Assembly: GCF_036321535.1 (NCBI RefSeq)
Contig: NC_087437.1
Coordinates: forward strand, 113,214,001 to 113,278,000
Length of the DNA stretch: 64,000 nucleotides
Reading direction: 5' to 3'
Source of the DNA: Camelus dromedarius
Taxonomy: Eukaryota
Position numbers and translations under genes: made by a program. Below are positions 25,151-38,620 of this stretch, piece by piece (position 1 is the stretch's first letter; every line of letters starts with the position of its first letter). Below the pieces are notes generated by a model, which was not told the origin of the DNA, made no database searches, and saw nothing but the letters and a program-made list of their open reading frames with translations.

Positions 25151-26583
25151 GCTCTTCCATGGCAGCACCTGTCAGAAGAGAGCACAGAGCCCACTCCCAG
25201 GGCCAAGGCCCACACCAACCACAGGCAGGCTAAGCAGAGGAGAGATTGGTTCTCTTAACCCCCAGAAAACACCCTCCTACCACTTAGGAGAAAAACTGTC
25301 CAAATACCATTTATGCTTCTCAGAACCAGCCGGATTACCTCCCAGGGTCTAATAGTAGGCACTCAATAAAGGTTTGAAGAATTTAATTCAGAACTTTTCA
25401 GTTGTTCTTGGGGCATATACATTGAAGTCATAGTGTGGTTCTGGGCTATCAGACTAGAGTGACATGGAGATAAGACTGTTAGCGAAGCTAAAGAGCTATT
25501 ATTGGTGCCTCATCTGTGTAAAAACGATAGCAGAGAGGAGACATCTGAATGTATAAAAGAAGACAGCACATACCCATTCAATATATGAAATGTTTCATCT
25601 GCACAAAAATATTTAGGATATTCTTAAAAAGAAAAAAAAAAAGTTGCTTTTTCCTTTTCCTGTAGGAAGTTACAATTGTTTTCACCCAGAGTCTATGTGG
25701 GGCTTGATTTACCCTTCCTGCATCGGCTGGAACATGGATTACAGATTTGATAGAAAAATAAATCCTGTTTTTGATTTTTTAAAGAATTTATATATCAACA
25801 ATAAATACTTAGTCAATAAGACTTCATATATCTGAAAACTAAAGAACCAATGTGCCTACTTAATTCATTGGTTAAAGAAGAAAACATAGTGAAAATAATA
25901 AGATATTAAATGACATAGAGAGTGTTATATACAAAAACCTCTGGGTTCATAAAGTAGTTCTTAGAGATAAATTTATAGCATTAATACATTTTTAAAAAGA
26001 AAAATAATATGAAATAAATTAAATTTAACTCAAAAAGCAAAAGAAGAACTGTGAGATAAACTAAAGAAAGCAGAATAAATTAAATTTTAAACTAAGAACA
26101 GAATTGAATAAAAAACAGAATAAAGAAAAATAGAAAGGCTCAAATAAATGAAAAAAGCCACTTAAGAAATAAAATTTGAATATTGAAAAGAAATATTTGT
26201 CCAGAAAAAAATAAATTTCCAGAGTTAATTCATAAATAAATATGATTTCGGCAGAAAGCTAGAATTTATAAAAAGATATAAATTCAGTGAATGGATTGAG
26301 TAGCAGATTAGACACAGCTGAAGAATGGATTCATGAGTTAGAAGAAGTAGGTTCAAAATACCTAGAGTGAAGCGCAAGAGAAAAAATAATGGAAAAGTAC
26401 AAAAAAAGGAGTATAAGAGATAAGGGGGAAAGGACTAATGCAGGTCCAGCTGGGGTCCTGGAAATAGAGAAGAAGGTGAATGGAGCAGAAGAACTATTTG
26501 CAGAGATAGGGACTGAGAATTTCCCAAAACTGATTTCAAAAAACCAAGCCACAGGTTAAAGCAGTATTAAAAACATCAGGCAG

Positions 26584-26817
26584 GGGGGCGGAGGGTGGGA
26601 AGGGATAGACTGGGATTTCAAAATTGTAGAATAGATAAACAAGATTATACTGTATAGCACAGGGAAATATACACAAAACGTTATGGTAGCTCACAGAGAA
26701 AAAAATGTGACAATGAGTGTGTATATGTCCATGTATGACTGAAAAATTGTGCTGAACACTGGAATTTGACATAACATTGTAAAATGATTATAAATCAATA
26801 AAAAATGTTAAAAAAAA
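26584..26817 (+). mobile_element. Young 5'-truncated lineage-specific L1 3' end
   Basis: CTGTATAGCACAGGGAAATATA...ATCAATAAAAAATGTTAAAAAAAA with poly(A); AGGCAG flanks on both sides (26578-26583, 26817-26822). Confidence 0.85.
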
Positions 26818-28387
26818 GGCAGAATTACTTCAAAGAAAGTCGCGCGTAGGCACATCATAATACAAATGCAGCAAACAAAAGACAAAGACAACATCTTAAA
26901 ATCAGACAGAGGGAAGAAAAAGATACATAACTTCAAAGACTCATCAATGAGATAGATACCTTATTTCTCGAAAGAAATGATGGAATCCAAAAAAAAAAAA
27001 AAAAAAAAAGACACCTGCCAGCCTAGGATTCCATACACAGTGAAAAATATCCTTTAAAATTGAAGACAAAAGAAAGACTTTAATCATTCAAGGAGAATCT
27101 TGTAACCTCTGGTGTTGTCATTAAAATAATAATGAAAAATGTATAGACAATAAATTAATAATGGAGAAATATGAAATAAAGAAAAATACTTCATTAATCC
27201 AGAAAAGGAAAGAAAGAAAAGGAACATAGACAGGTGGGGCTAACAGAAAATAATTATTTAGATGGTAGACTTAAACCCAAATGCACTAGTAATTATATAT
27301 AAAAAGCTTCAATTAAAAGGCAAAGATTATCAGGCAGGATAAAAAAAAAAACCTGCTATATGTCCTTTGCAAGAGACACTTTTTCAATGTAAGGGTACAG
27401 CAATGCAGAAAGTGAAAGAACAGACAACAATATGCAATGCAAACACTAAACAAAAGAAGGTTGGTGTAAGTGTGCTAATACGTGACATAATAGACTAAGA
27501 GGCATAACAGATAAGAAGGAGCATTTCGTAATGATTATACTCAGTTCATAAAAGAGATATCAAAATTCTAGATTTGCATGTACTTAATATATCATCAATG
27601 TATAAAGCAAAAAATGTAGGGAAAAAAGGAGAAAAAGACAAATCTACAAACAGAGTGGAATTTTAGCACATTTCTCTCAGGAACTGATTAAACAAACAGA
27701 TAAACGGTGGTACCTCCATATAATGGAATATTACTCAGCAATGAAAAGAATGAGTATCAAGCCATGAAAAGACATGAAAGAATCTTAAATGAATTTCGCT
27801 AAGGAAAAGAAGCCAGTCTGAAAAGGGTACATATAGTATGATTCCAGTTATATGACACTCTGGAAAATGTAAAACTGTAGACACAGTGAATTGATCAATG
27901 GTTGCCAGAATTTGGGAAGAAGGAAGAAAGGAGGTATACCACAGGGGATTTTTAGGGCAATAAAATTGCTTTAATAGTGGATACAAGATGCATTTGTCAA
28001 AAGCTATAGAACAAAGAGTGAAATTTGATGATTGCAAATTTTGAAAGAATTGTTTAAGAAGTTGAGGGAATCCTGGGAAAGAATGTAGACTAAAACAACA
28101 GAGGTTAACTGATTACAAAAATATGAACCAACTTTGCTGAAGGGGATGGGTAGGTGGAGTGGGAGCAGATGTTGCTCTAAGTATCATTGGAAATGAGTGA
28201 GATCTCTAAGACTGAAGGCAAAAGGAACTGCATATGAGCTCTGTACCCTAGTTGGTAAAGCTGTGTCCCTCAGGGTACTCCTTAACAATTCTGATACTGC
28301 TATACATGTGGACTGGAATGGAACAATCATGTAAATGGATGGCAGAAGGTGGGACCAGGTTTCTCACTATTCGTGTAGGAGTTTATA

Positions 28388-28563
28388 GGGGGAAAGGTGT
28401 AGCTCAATGGTTGAGCACATGCTTAACATGCATGAGGTCCTGGGTTCAATCCCAGATACCTCCATTAAAAAAAAAAAAGATAGATAAATTAAATGAATAA
28501 ATGAACCTAATTACCCCCCACCAAAGCACACAAATCATAAAAAAAACGGCTAAGATAGAGTGA
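28388..28563 (+). mobile_element. tRNA-derived SINE (Vic-1-like)
   Basis: A box TAGCTCAATGG, B box GGTTCAATCCC, A-rich tail; GAGTTTATAG duplicated at 28379-28388 and 28564-28573. Confidence 0.9.
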
Positions 28564-29689
28564 GAGTTTATAGCTTAACAAGGATCCCAGCAGCAATTTT
28601 CAAACTGACAAGTGTGGTGTGAGAAATTAGGAAAATGTTTCCTCTGGGGAAGGGAGCAGATGATGACCGGAAGATGTCCCATGCAGGGCTTCTGGGGTGC
28701 AATTAACATTCTGTTTCTCAATCCAGCTGGGGTTACATGGACATGTCAACTTCATGAAAATTAATGGAAGTGATGCTCATTATTTTTGCACTTTCTGTAC
28801 AATTCAGTAAATCTCAAAGATGAAAAGAAAACAAGAATGAATGAAGAATGAATGGGAATATGTCTCCACACGGATAAACATAAACAACGATGTTGAATTT
28901 TAAAAGTGATTTGCCAAGTATTATCTAAAGTACACCAATTTTTAAAATTTACCATCAGTAAAACAATCTTGCTTACAGACTTATGAAATTTAGACTAAGT
29001 ATAAAAGCACACATGAGATTATAAATACCGAATTCATGGTAGCAGTTGCCTCTGCAGAGAGGAAGGGAAATAGAATCAAGGAGCGGGCTGTAGAGGGTCT
29101 CACTTCTATTTACAACGTTTTGTGTGTATGAGATATCCGGAACACGTACTGCAAGATGCGAAGTGGTGATATAGTTGCATTCAGCTACATAGGTAATCAC
29201 AATAGTATTTTCCTAATACACATGCGTGTATTTGTTTGTACGTATATATACGGAGAGAGAGAGTGAGCTCTGTAAGAACATGTAACCAATACCACAGAAG
29301 AACAGTAACAACCTAGGGAAAATAAAAAGTATTTTGTGAGCAAACTTGGTCTCAGTGTTGATGAAGATGAATGGGTCCAAAGATCCTTTGCGGTATGGAA
29401 ACCTTTGGTTTCTTTTTTATCAAGAGTTCTAACTTGAAGAGTAATTACCTTTACATTTCACCAGCCCCTTGTTAACATCATATCTTTTGTGAAATATAAT
29501 CTCGAAGTTTCCTGAAAGATTAATTACACGTGCTGACAACGCTCTTTCGAACTACTGGGAACAGTCCGGTATTGGAGGTCAATGAGAAATCAACCCAGCT
29601 GCTTGCTCATTCACTCCGCAGCATGGCCTGGGTGACATATGATGGTGTCTGAGCTAGGCTGGTAGTCGGGGGTGGGGCGGGGGAGAAAC

Positions 29690-30900
29690 AACAAACAAAT
29701 AGAAACATTTTGAGGCAGAGCAGATGTCTCTGAGGCATTCAGAAGTCTCTGAATGGCTCTGAATAACGTAGCAGAGCCCAAGAGTCCACGAGGTGAGAAG
29801 TGGAACCTAGGCGGTCAGCAAAGGCTGAGCAGCTGCCTGGAGGCTGGTGTCATTAACTGAGATAGGAAAGATGGGGGTACATTTAGGAAATTTGTCTTTT
29901 GAACATGGGAAGTTTGGGATGCCTTTCAAAGTCCAAGTCTAGAACTGGGCGCGTGTACATTGACTCTGGAGGTCAGAGAGGACTCAGGCTGGACACACAC
30001 ACTTGGTGTCATCCGTGTACCGATGGTACTTAATGCAAGGGGACTTGATGAGAAGAAAACCCTGGAGAAAGGGCAGCTAGAGAAGAGAGGTCTGAAGTTC
30101 GTGTCTTGAGATACGCCAGGGATTAGAGTTTCATCGTGGAGTGTGGAAATAATGAAGAACAATCAAATGAGAAAAACAAAGGCTATTTATTCAGAGCTTT
30201 TGGTAGCTAGAGAGTCAGCCACTATCACTTGCATTTTGGCAGAGAGTCAAGGCGGGCAGAGGAGTGGGAAAGCCTCACAGTGGACAAAAGAGAGGGCTTC
30301 AGTGTGCGCTGATCAGAGGCCGTGGGCCTGGGGAAGCTGGAGGTGGGGTAATTGGAGCCGGACATCCTGCGTGAATGCTTAAGGCACATATTTGGCTTTC
30401 TCTGGTTGGCCTGAAGTTGGAAGTGGGGACAAAAATTGGAAAGCCATCAGTTACTAAGTCCTGGCCACTTGGGGTCAGTTGTTGCCGGAGTTATCGATGC
30501 ACTTCCTGTATTGTTACTAGGCGTGGCAGTCTGGCTTCTACACGTCTGACCGGCAGCAGGCTGGCTTCCTGGGCTGCTTACGATAGACCAGGGTATGGGT
30601 TCCTGGACAGGTTGCTGCAGGTCGTGGGTCAGTGTTCTCTTTTTATATATGATCTGACCATTGTCCATTTGTCTATTCAGTCTCTCAGGAGCATAAAGCA
30701 GGAGAGGAGGCTGAGAGCAAAGAGAGATGAGGAAAACCAAGAGAGATACCGCCTTGCAAGTCTGGGAAATAAAGCATCTCCAGAAGGAGGGGTGGTTAAC
30801 TGGCCAGGTTGCTGAAATGTCTGGTAAGAAGAGGAGGCAAAAGTAGATCCAGGTTTTCTGGATGAAAAAGAGTCACGTCCATCATTCTTGCTGAATTCTC
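29690..30900. mobile_element. L2 fragment split by an LTR
   Basis: Purine-rich L2-like sequence on both sides of the 30142-30687 LTR. Confidence 0.6.
30142..30687 (-). mobile_element. ERV1-class solo LTR (546 bp)
   Basis: TG...CA termini with perfect 4-bp TSD GGAG (30138-30141, 30688-30691); minus-strand AATAAA at 30191-30186. Confidence 0.9.
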
Positions 30901-33900
30901 ACACATGAGGCACATTTTCCTGCGGCTACGGTTGGAAACTGGAACTAACAGGCTTGAGTTAGGAAAAGAAGAAACTGTCCCTATAGGGGGCACCTTACAT
31001 CAGGGTTGAGGACTGAGCAGTAAACACTGCCCCCTACTGGGGAGAAGTAGTGATTGATTAGATCACATCTGAGATTTCCACCAATCTGAACCCATGCTCA
31101 GGACTTCAGCCCCACAGTGAAGGCTCTTTTATTGCATTTTAGGGAATTCTACTGCCAAATAGATTGGGAAATGGGTCACTCTCCTTCACAGACTTTTAGG
31201 AACAAGGGGAAGAAGGTGGAGGACAGCAATCCTGGATTTAATCCCCAGCATTCCATCCCAGGAGCTCTGAATCTGCCACAAAACATCAACCACGTGCAGA
31301 AATTGTTTAATGATGCTTTTTACCATCACAAATTTGGTTTTCCTTTATCTACGTAATGTAACCACATGATAAAAATTTGTACCATCGAGAATAGATAAAA
31401 TTAGCCAGACTTTCTTTCCCCGACCATCCCCCTGTTAGAATTACCTTACACTTGACTTTGATGAGTGGTAGAAGCAGATGGGTCTGCCCCTTCATGAGGG
31501 GACACCTGCCTGACTTCTTGGTCTGAACACTAACTCCTGTTCTTCGGGAAACTGATTTAGACTACAGTAACCTAAAAGCAGAGAGAAGGGGACAGGATGA
31601 CCTTGAGTGATGGTGAGCAAGGTCGAAGCTCCTCTTTAATTCTTCTCAGTCTCTGTCCCTTCTCCCTGGTCTTGCTGCCCCTACCCCAGCCCCGGCCCAG
31701 ATGGCTCTCACCTGAATTATCCGAAAGCCTACGACCTGGTCCCCAGGCCTGGCTCCTCTCCTGTCCACCCTCCGCACGGCTGCCAGAACATCTTTCAGAA
31801 TCCCCAATCCTATTCTCCCTCTCCCTGCAAAGTTTCAAGGGCCTTGCCTTCCTCAAAGGCTCCGGTCCGGACTCCCTAGTAACACACAAAAGATCTCTCC
31901 ACGTTCTGCCCCTGCCAGCAATTTCCAACCTTGGCTGCACTGTAGAATCCTGGGGAGCTTTAAAAACTTCCAGAGGTTCTGGTTTCATCGGTGTGGGGAG
32001 AGTCCCAGGTATCTGGATTTTTCATTCACTTCCCCAGGACCTAGTGACACCTCTGGAACTATTTAGAATATTCCAGTGGCTCAAAAATAAGAAAAATGTT
32101 TGTGTCTCCAAGGTCACTCCATGCAACATACAGTAGATTTCAGACAGAGAGATGAGGGTGGGGATGAGAAAAGGAAAATGTGGGGACCAGGATCTGGGAA
32201 GGCGCTCCTGAGAGCTGGAGAAATGGCAGCTCTGGGACTAGCCAGCGACCCCAGAAGCGAAGTGGCCAGCAGCCAGGAAGGCCAGCCTAGTGGACTACAG
32301 GGCAGTTCCACCCCGGGCTTGGGGGACCATCCTCCCAGTGCTCCTCAGTGGATTCTCAACTGTTCCTAATGCCCTGGGCAGTGTAACCGTAAATACAAAC
32401 AAAAAGATTTTCCCTGGGGCCAAAAGGGAAACTCGCTTTCTTAGAGCATTCCTTTTAGAATTCTTTCTTTGTTTCTTTGAGATGTGTGTAAACCTTTCAG
32501 AAAACGAAGTAAGCCTTTTACAGTCTGGCTTCTCCGAAATGCTTTTCTTGGGGGCCTTGGAGCCATCTCTCTGAAATGTGAACAACCAGGCGGATGGTGC
32601 CCTGACTCCCTGCCTCTCTGGCTCTAAGTTGTAACTTCCTGCTTTCACAAAGGTACGAAAATTTTAATTTTCTTTAAAATTAGGTGCTTCCTGCCAAATT
32701 CTGCTTTGGGGTGGCTGAGAGAGGTGAGACTTTGTCCAGAGTCATCCACCCTCAGCCCAAAGCTACAGGACTCTTTCTGGTCTGCCTCTGCTGTCTTCTG
32801 CTCTGGGAAAGGCGAGATAAGCCTGTGTAAAGGCCAGGCAAGGAGCGGCACTACCATGGAAGTTGGACTGCCCAGTAAGCGCACAGCTGAGCAGCCAAGT
32901 CCATCCCAGATCTCATGGAAGGGGGACCAGGAACTCATATACATATCGCAGCAGAGAGTAGGACCAGGCAAGTCAAGGCTATCTACTATCGTTAAGTTCT
33001 GTCCAAAGAAAAAGTGACGGGGAAAGGGCCCCCACAGCCTTGAACACGGCAGTAGTCTGCTGCAGGCAGCGATGAGAGCACGTCCCCAGGCAGACCTCGA
33101 GGACTGGTGCTCGCAGCTCCACTGGGAATGGGGAGGGGGCTCCAGCATGGGTGTGGGGACAGGCACCCACTGGTCTGGGAGGATACGCCTGTTGCCAGGA
33201 CTCTGCTCTTGATATGGTCCTAGAGGTAGATACTCAACTGTCTGAGAAAGAAACTGAGATCATACACTGGTTTCAGCGCCTGCAAAATGGGTTTCAGGAC
33301 CCGGAGGGCTGGGTGGAGGTGGATGGGAAGGTTTACAGTCCCTGGGTCCAAGAGGCGTGGTTGGTGAGAACATGGGAGAATTAAAGAGTCATTGGAGCCT
33401 GGGATGTAAGGGTTGGTACACAGAAGGAAGCTCTGAGTCTGCGGGCCCCGTGCCAGTGCCCCAGGAACAGGTCCAGACAGGAGAACCCACCCCTGAACTA
33501 TGACCTCACCTCCGCAGGCCCTCGCTCTATAGCTGGAGTGTCCATGACTTCTGCCGACTAATGACGGCCAGCATCTGTTAGTCTTCAGTCAAGGTCCACC
33601 TCAGCTACACCCTGGACTCCAGGAACAATGAGTTCAACAAGAATCCCGAGCCTCAGGTTTGCTGTTAGCCTTGGGGAGCAGTAGACCCCAAGGCAGGCTT
33701 TGAACTTGGTGTTATCACCAACCAGTGGATGTGGACCTGTAAGTCCCATACTTCAGTAAGAGCGGGAATGTGGCTGCCCTGGGAATTGGGCAAAGACAAG
33801 ATAAACACTCCATTTCATTTGCTGTTGCAGTGCCAACAATCTGAAACACCTTTCCTTTTTTTGATCGCTGTGGCAGTGTCCTTCCCGTCTGTTAAGAGCC

Positions 33901-33983
33901 AACATTAACATCACACGCTGAAGGAACCTTTCCTGGGTTCCCTAAGGTAGAATGGCCCAATCCTTCCTCTTGCATTCAATCCT

Positions 33984-34555
33984 TGTTGTTGAACCTGAGT
34001 TCTTGTCCCTGACACACAGCGAGGCCAAACAAACCAAAATGTTGGAGTTTGTCGCAGAGAAAGGTTTATTGCAAAGCACCAAGGAGGGAGAACTGGGCAG
34101 CTCCTGCTCAAAAACCCCGAACTCCTTGATGATTCTTGGGAAGAATTATTACAGGCAAAACTTGGGGGGAGGGGCACAGGGAGTGTGACCTTCCTCTGAT
34201 TGGTGGGTGGTGAGGTGACAGGGTGGTCTTCAGCCTCCTGGTTCCAGTCAGTCTGGGGTCCTCCACCTGGAGGGGTGGGGGCCTTAGTTCCTGTAGAAGA
34301 ACTCAGAGCTATCTTGTTAAGTACATCCCACGAGATGGAGCCAGGACCCTGGTTCCCATCTGCACTATTGTTTCTTGGCTGCCTTCCCTTTGCTTCTGCC
34401 TTCTCTCACTCCTTTAATTAGTAATTGTTTGAATCTACATTTTGGAACTCAGGGAAGATCTAAGAGGCTGACACCATTTTCCTACAAACAAGAAGTGGGG
34501 GACGTGGAAAGGGTCTTGAACTCGGGAGGGCCCCTCAAAGTCCTGCTCGGTTTCA
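33984..34555 (-). mobile_element. ERV1-class solo LTR (572 bp, MER4/MER41-group-like)
   Basis: TG...CA termini with perfect 4-bp TSD TCCT (33980-33983, 34556-34559); minus-strand AATAAA at 34070-34065. Confidence 0.9.
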
Positions 34556-35749
34556 TCCTGGCTGGATTATGAGGATTTGGACTCATCTCTAGCTCCGTCA
34601 TTTCACCCTGTATTGGCTACTTAGCAGGCACTCAATAACCGTTCAGAGATGAATGAATAAATGAGTGAATGAATGAATTCAACAGGTGAAGACACTGGCC
34701 TGAGGGTGGCTTGCCCATTTGACAAAGTCACCCAGCTTGTTAGTTTCTTATCTCTTTGCACCCACCAGGAATAAAGACCAAAACTCAGACTGGCTTTTTG
34801 TTGCAGGACATGTCCCATCCTTTATACAGGTGTAGGCTTACCTTGGAGTTCTTTTGTTGGCCACTCCTGATCACCCCTAGTGCCTTCCTGGATGGAGCAC
34901 ACACTGTGCGATGACGAGGAGAGCCTGTGCCCTGCCCCACTCCAACCCCTGCGCTCAGCCCCCTGACCCCACCTGATGACCTGGTCCATCCGTCAGTCGA
35001 CAAGAGTGCATTGAGGACATGCATGTGCAGTGCAAAGAGTTGTTCAGGGCCCAGGCCTGGGATTGAAATTCAGCCAAGGCTGGTCAGATGACTCTCTGAT
35101 CAGAAGTCACAATACTTATGAAGCCATGACAGTTTCCCTTAAGAAGTACGGCTCTAGAATTTCTGAGCTTTCCATTCAAATCCCACCATGGCTACCATCA
35201 GACATGGGTGAGTTTCTCATCTTCCAAAGTCTCTTTCTTCAGAAAACCACCTGTTTTATTTTAAGGGAAGAACATCCTTATGAAAAGTGAGCACTTTGGG
35301 GTCCAGAATTTCAACATGTGCCACCAGACTCCTTCCTTCCCTCTGAAATTTTGGACTAGCTCCTCTCTGTGTGAATTTGCAGCACTCCAAAGGAGTGAGC
35401 ATGCACATTGAAATGCTTGCCAATACTAACAGTTATCTCCTAGTAAGCCACTCCCATATGCCACTTACACAGATGCAAGAAGATGGAGAAATTTTCATCT
35501 AAGCAGTTGGTGTCAAACGTCCTACCTTTGTCGGCAGACCCTGAGCCCTGGCCCTTGTGTCGACTGGCATGGGGCCTTCAGAGGAAGGGGCCCCCACTGC
35601 ATGTTGTGGAGGGAGAAGAGTTTGGATCTAGGTGAGTGTTTGGGGCATGTGGGATTCAAGAGGATAGAGGATGAGGAAGAAGGAGAGGGAGAGTGAGATG
35701 GTAGAATGTTCTGCAAGATGAGACCCCCCCCCCCCCCGCCAACCTCTCA

Positions 35750-36610
35750 AATCCAGATGAATGGCCAATTAAGCACAGGAAAAGGTGCTCAACACCCTTA
35801 GTCATCAGGGAAATGCAAACTCACACCACAGTGAGATGCCACTTCATGCCCACGAGGATGACCAGAAAAAAAAAATCAGATACCAATAAACAGTCAGTCC
35901 GGGCAAGGATGTGGAGAAATTGGAGCCCTCACACTCTCCTGGTGGGCATGTATGATGATTCAACTGCCTTGGAAAACAGAAAAGCAGTTCCTCAAATGAT
36001 TAAACATAGAGTTACCATATCACCCAGCCCCGCTACTCTTGGTATTTACCGAAGAGAAATAAAAACTTTGTATGTCCACACAGATACTTCACATGAATGT
36101 TCGCAGCAGCATTATTCATAAAAGCCAAAAAAAGTGGAAGCAGCCCAAATGTCCGTCAACTGACGAATGGATACACAGAAAGTTGTGTATCTATACAATG
36201 AAACATTATTCAGCCATGAAAGAATGAAGTGTTGATACGTTATGACACTGATGAACCTCGTAAACGTTATGCTAAGTGAAAGATGTCAGCCACAGAATAT
36301 TATATGATTCTGTCCATGTGAAGTTCCTGAGTCAGGAAATGTAGAGAAACAAAGTAGACTGCTGGTTGCTTAGTGCTGGGCTGGGGGCAGGGCAGGGGAA
36401 GGACGGGGAGATAGAGGAGACGGGGTGTAGCTAAAGGGTGGGGGGTTCTTTTTGAGGTGATGAAAATGCACTAAAATTGACTGTGGTGATGGTTGCACAT
36501 TTCTGTGAATATACCAAATACCATTGAATTGCATACATTAAACAGGTGATTTGCATGTATGTGAGTTATAGCTCAGTAAAGATGTTTAAAACGAACAAAC
36601 CAAACCAAAC
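35750..36610 (+). mobile_element. L1MB-like 3' end (ORF2 C-terminus plus 3'UTR)
   Basis: CATCAGGGAAATGCAAAC...CCCAAATGTCCGTCAACTGACGAATGG...GTGAGTTATAGCTCAGTAAAG followed by an A-rich tail. Confidence 0.9.
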
Positions 36611-37799
36611 CCTTCTTTCTGTCCTTTTGATTTCTTGTGGAAGCTGATGACTCAGGCACACTTTGTGACCCAGGAGGTATGAGCCCAGAGGGAAGAGAGC
36701 AGGGCTGAGACAGTGTGAGGCCCGAAGCAGCAGGCATCCTGCATGCGCTCAGGGCTTCCTAAGCTACGGAGTTGGAGTTTGAACTCACCCAGGTCTTAGA
36801 GACCCGAGCAGGACCAGTTGACATCGGGGGTGCAAACAAATGTTCTCTAATTCACGCTGCAACCCCTACGAGCTGGGGATGCGCTGGTTTCCCTGCACTC
36901 TCTCTGTTGATGCGTCCTGAGTCCTGTTGAATATCATTATGCAGATTTCTCCATCTCCCCTCTTGTGTGAAAAAAAGGGAAACAAAGTGAATGCAAACAC
37001 CCCCAGCTGGTTACTCCAGCTCAAAAGAGGTCAGACTACACCCCTGAAAAGGGCCTGGCATGGGGTGTCTCCCAGTCACCCCACCCTCAGGACACTCAGT
37101 TTCCACCTCCAAGTTGGTAGAAATTCTCGTGTGTTGAGCTCAGTAAGAGAAGACAGAGGGTTCTGAAAAAAATAAATAAATAAACATTTTTAACAACAAT
37201 ATTTTTTTATGGAATACTGTTTAGAAATGATTTCAACATACACTGTCGGCTGAGCGGCACAGCACTTGTATGTTAAATGCCTTACATTATTCAGAGATGC
37301 TTTTGCTTCCAGGCCCTAAGGGGAACTCCTCAGGAGTGAATCACTATTGTGCCTTCAGAATTATGTGGCTGCAGTGGTTCCACACTGCAGGTGAAGGTCA
37401 AAAACTGGGGAGCCCTACAGACCCCAAGGGGATAACCTTTTGGAAAACTGCTGGGTGTCTAGACTAATCATGTCCTTGAAGTGCCTTCTCATCACTTAGG
37501 GATTTCTTGCTTTTGCTTAATTAAACTGGCTGGGTGGGTCGGGCAGATCACAATGTGAACACAGCCAGGGGGCACAGAGATGAGAACCAGCCTCTCCTAG
37601 ACACACCCTGGGAAAGCCAGGCCCGGGTTTCCGTGTTGGCACACAGATTCTTCATTAAGAAAACACGAACACCCCTGTGAAGTATTCATCTGCCTTAGGT
37701 GCCACTCCCCTCCACTGCCTGCAGACTCAGCCCCTCAGTTGTGTTTGGGGGGAACTGCGTCTATCCAGAGTTAAAGAAAAAAGAATCAAGCTGGGTTGT

Positions 37800-38620
37800 A
37801 AGCAATTCATCCAACAGATATTTATTGAGTGACGATTCCATTCTAAGCCCCTGCTGGGTGCTGAGAAGTCAGAGGCAAGTCACTTGAAAGAGCTGGTGAA
37901 CTGGCTGGGGGTTGGAAGGGAGGCCAACCCCTGGGGTCTAGCTCAGTGGGGTGAGAGCTGTGCTGGGGACTCAGTGGCTTCGCAGCAGCTGGAGCAGGGA
38001 CACGCAGTTCTCTTTGGTGGGACAGGCAAGGGTCAGGCACTTCCCAAAGGACACGAGGCCTGAGAAGGGTCCTGGAGAACAACCAGAAGCTGGAAGGTCA
38101 GAGACAGGCATTGCAGGTGAGACACCGAGGCAGAAGCGTGGCAGGAACGTCCAGAGAAGCGCAGGTACCCGTTGTGCTTACAGCCTTGGCGGGAGGGGAG
38201 GAAGAACTCCCAGGGGAGATGGGGGCACCTTAGGAGACTGAGTTTGGACTTCGGCATGAAGATGAAGGAGGTACGAAGGTCAGACATACACATTAGAAAG
38301 CTCACTCGAGCAGCACTGTGGAGAATGGTTGGGGGAGCATTGCCTAGAGTAAGGTGAGAAATGATGAGGGTCTGATGGGGTTGGAGCACAGGGGGCATGT
38401 CCTAAAGACAGAAGACAGAGTGACCAAAGTGACAGAAGAGGGGGATAAGGAGCCAGAGGCCACCTTCCTTGGCCCTGACTTGAGTCATGGCCCTAGCTTG
38501 AGTTACAGGGTGGACAGGGCTGCCACCTGGAAATGCGGATGGGAAATCAGCATGCCCTGCCGGATGTGCAATTCTGGAGTTCCTGAGAGACGGCTGGGTG
38601 GGAGAGGGGGCAGGGAACAA
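37800..38620. mobile_element. Decayed L2
   Basis: Begins ATTCATCCAACAGATATTTATTGAG, followed by a purine-rich L2-like body. Confidence 0.55.

Larger units (their letters stand above)
24560..29220 (+). mobile_element. L1 graveyard (ORF2, ORF1 and 3'UTR fragments of several ages) with nested MLT2, young L1 and SINE
   Basis: A-rich plus strand; ORF1-like segment ~26270-27080 (GAGAATTTCCCAAAACTG), ORF2 start-like ~27260, L1M 3'UTR ~27700-28600. Confidence 0.8.

Noticed and set aside
31572..33166. ORFs of 138-179 aa
   Set aside because: No recognisable homology or convincing exon structure; lengths are compatible with chance in GC-rich DNA. A PhyloCSF or tblastn test would settle it.
35813..36121. 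102-aa ORF with MWRNWSPHTLLVGM
   Set aside because: Decayed L1 ORF2 C-terminal remnant, not a gene.
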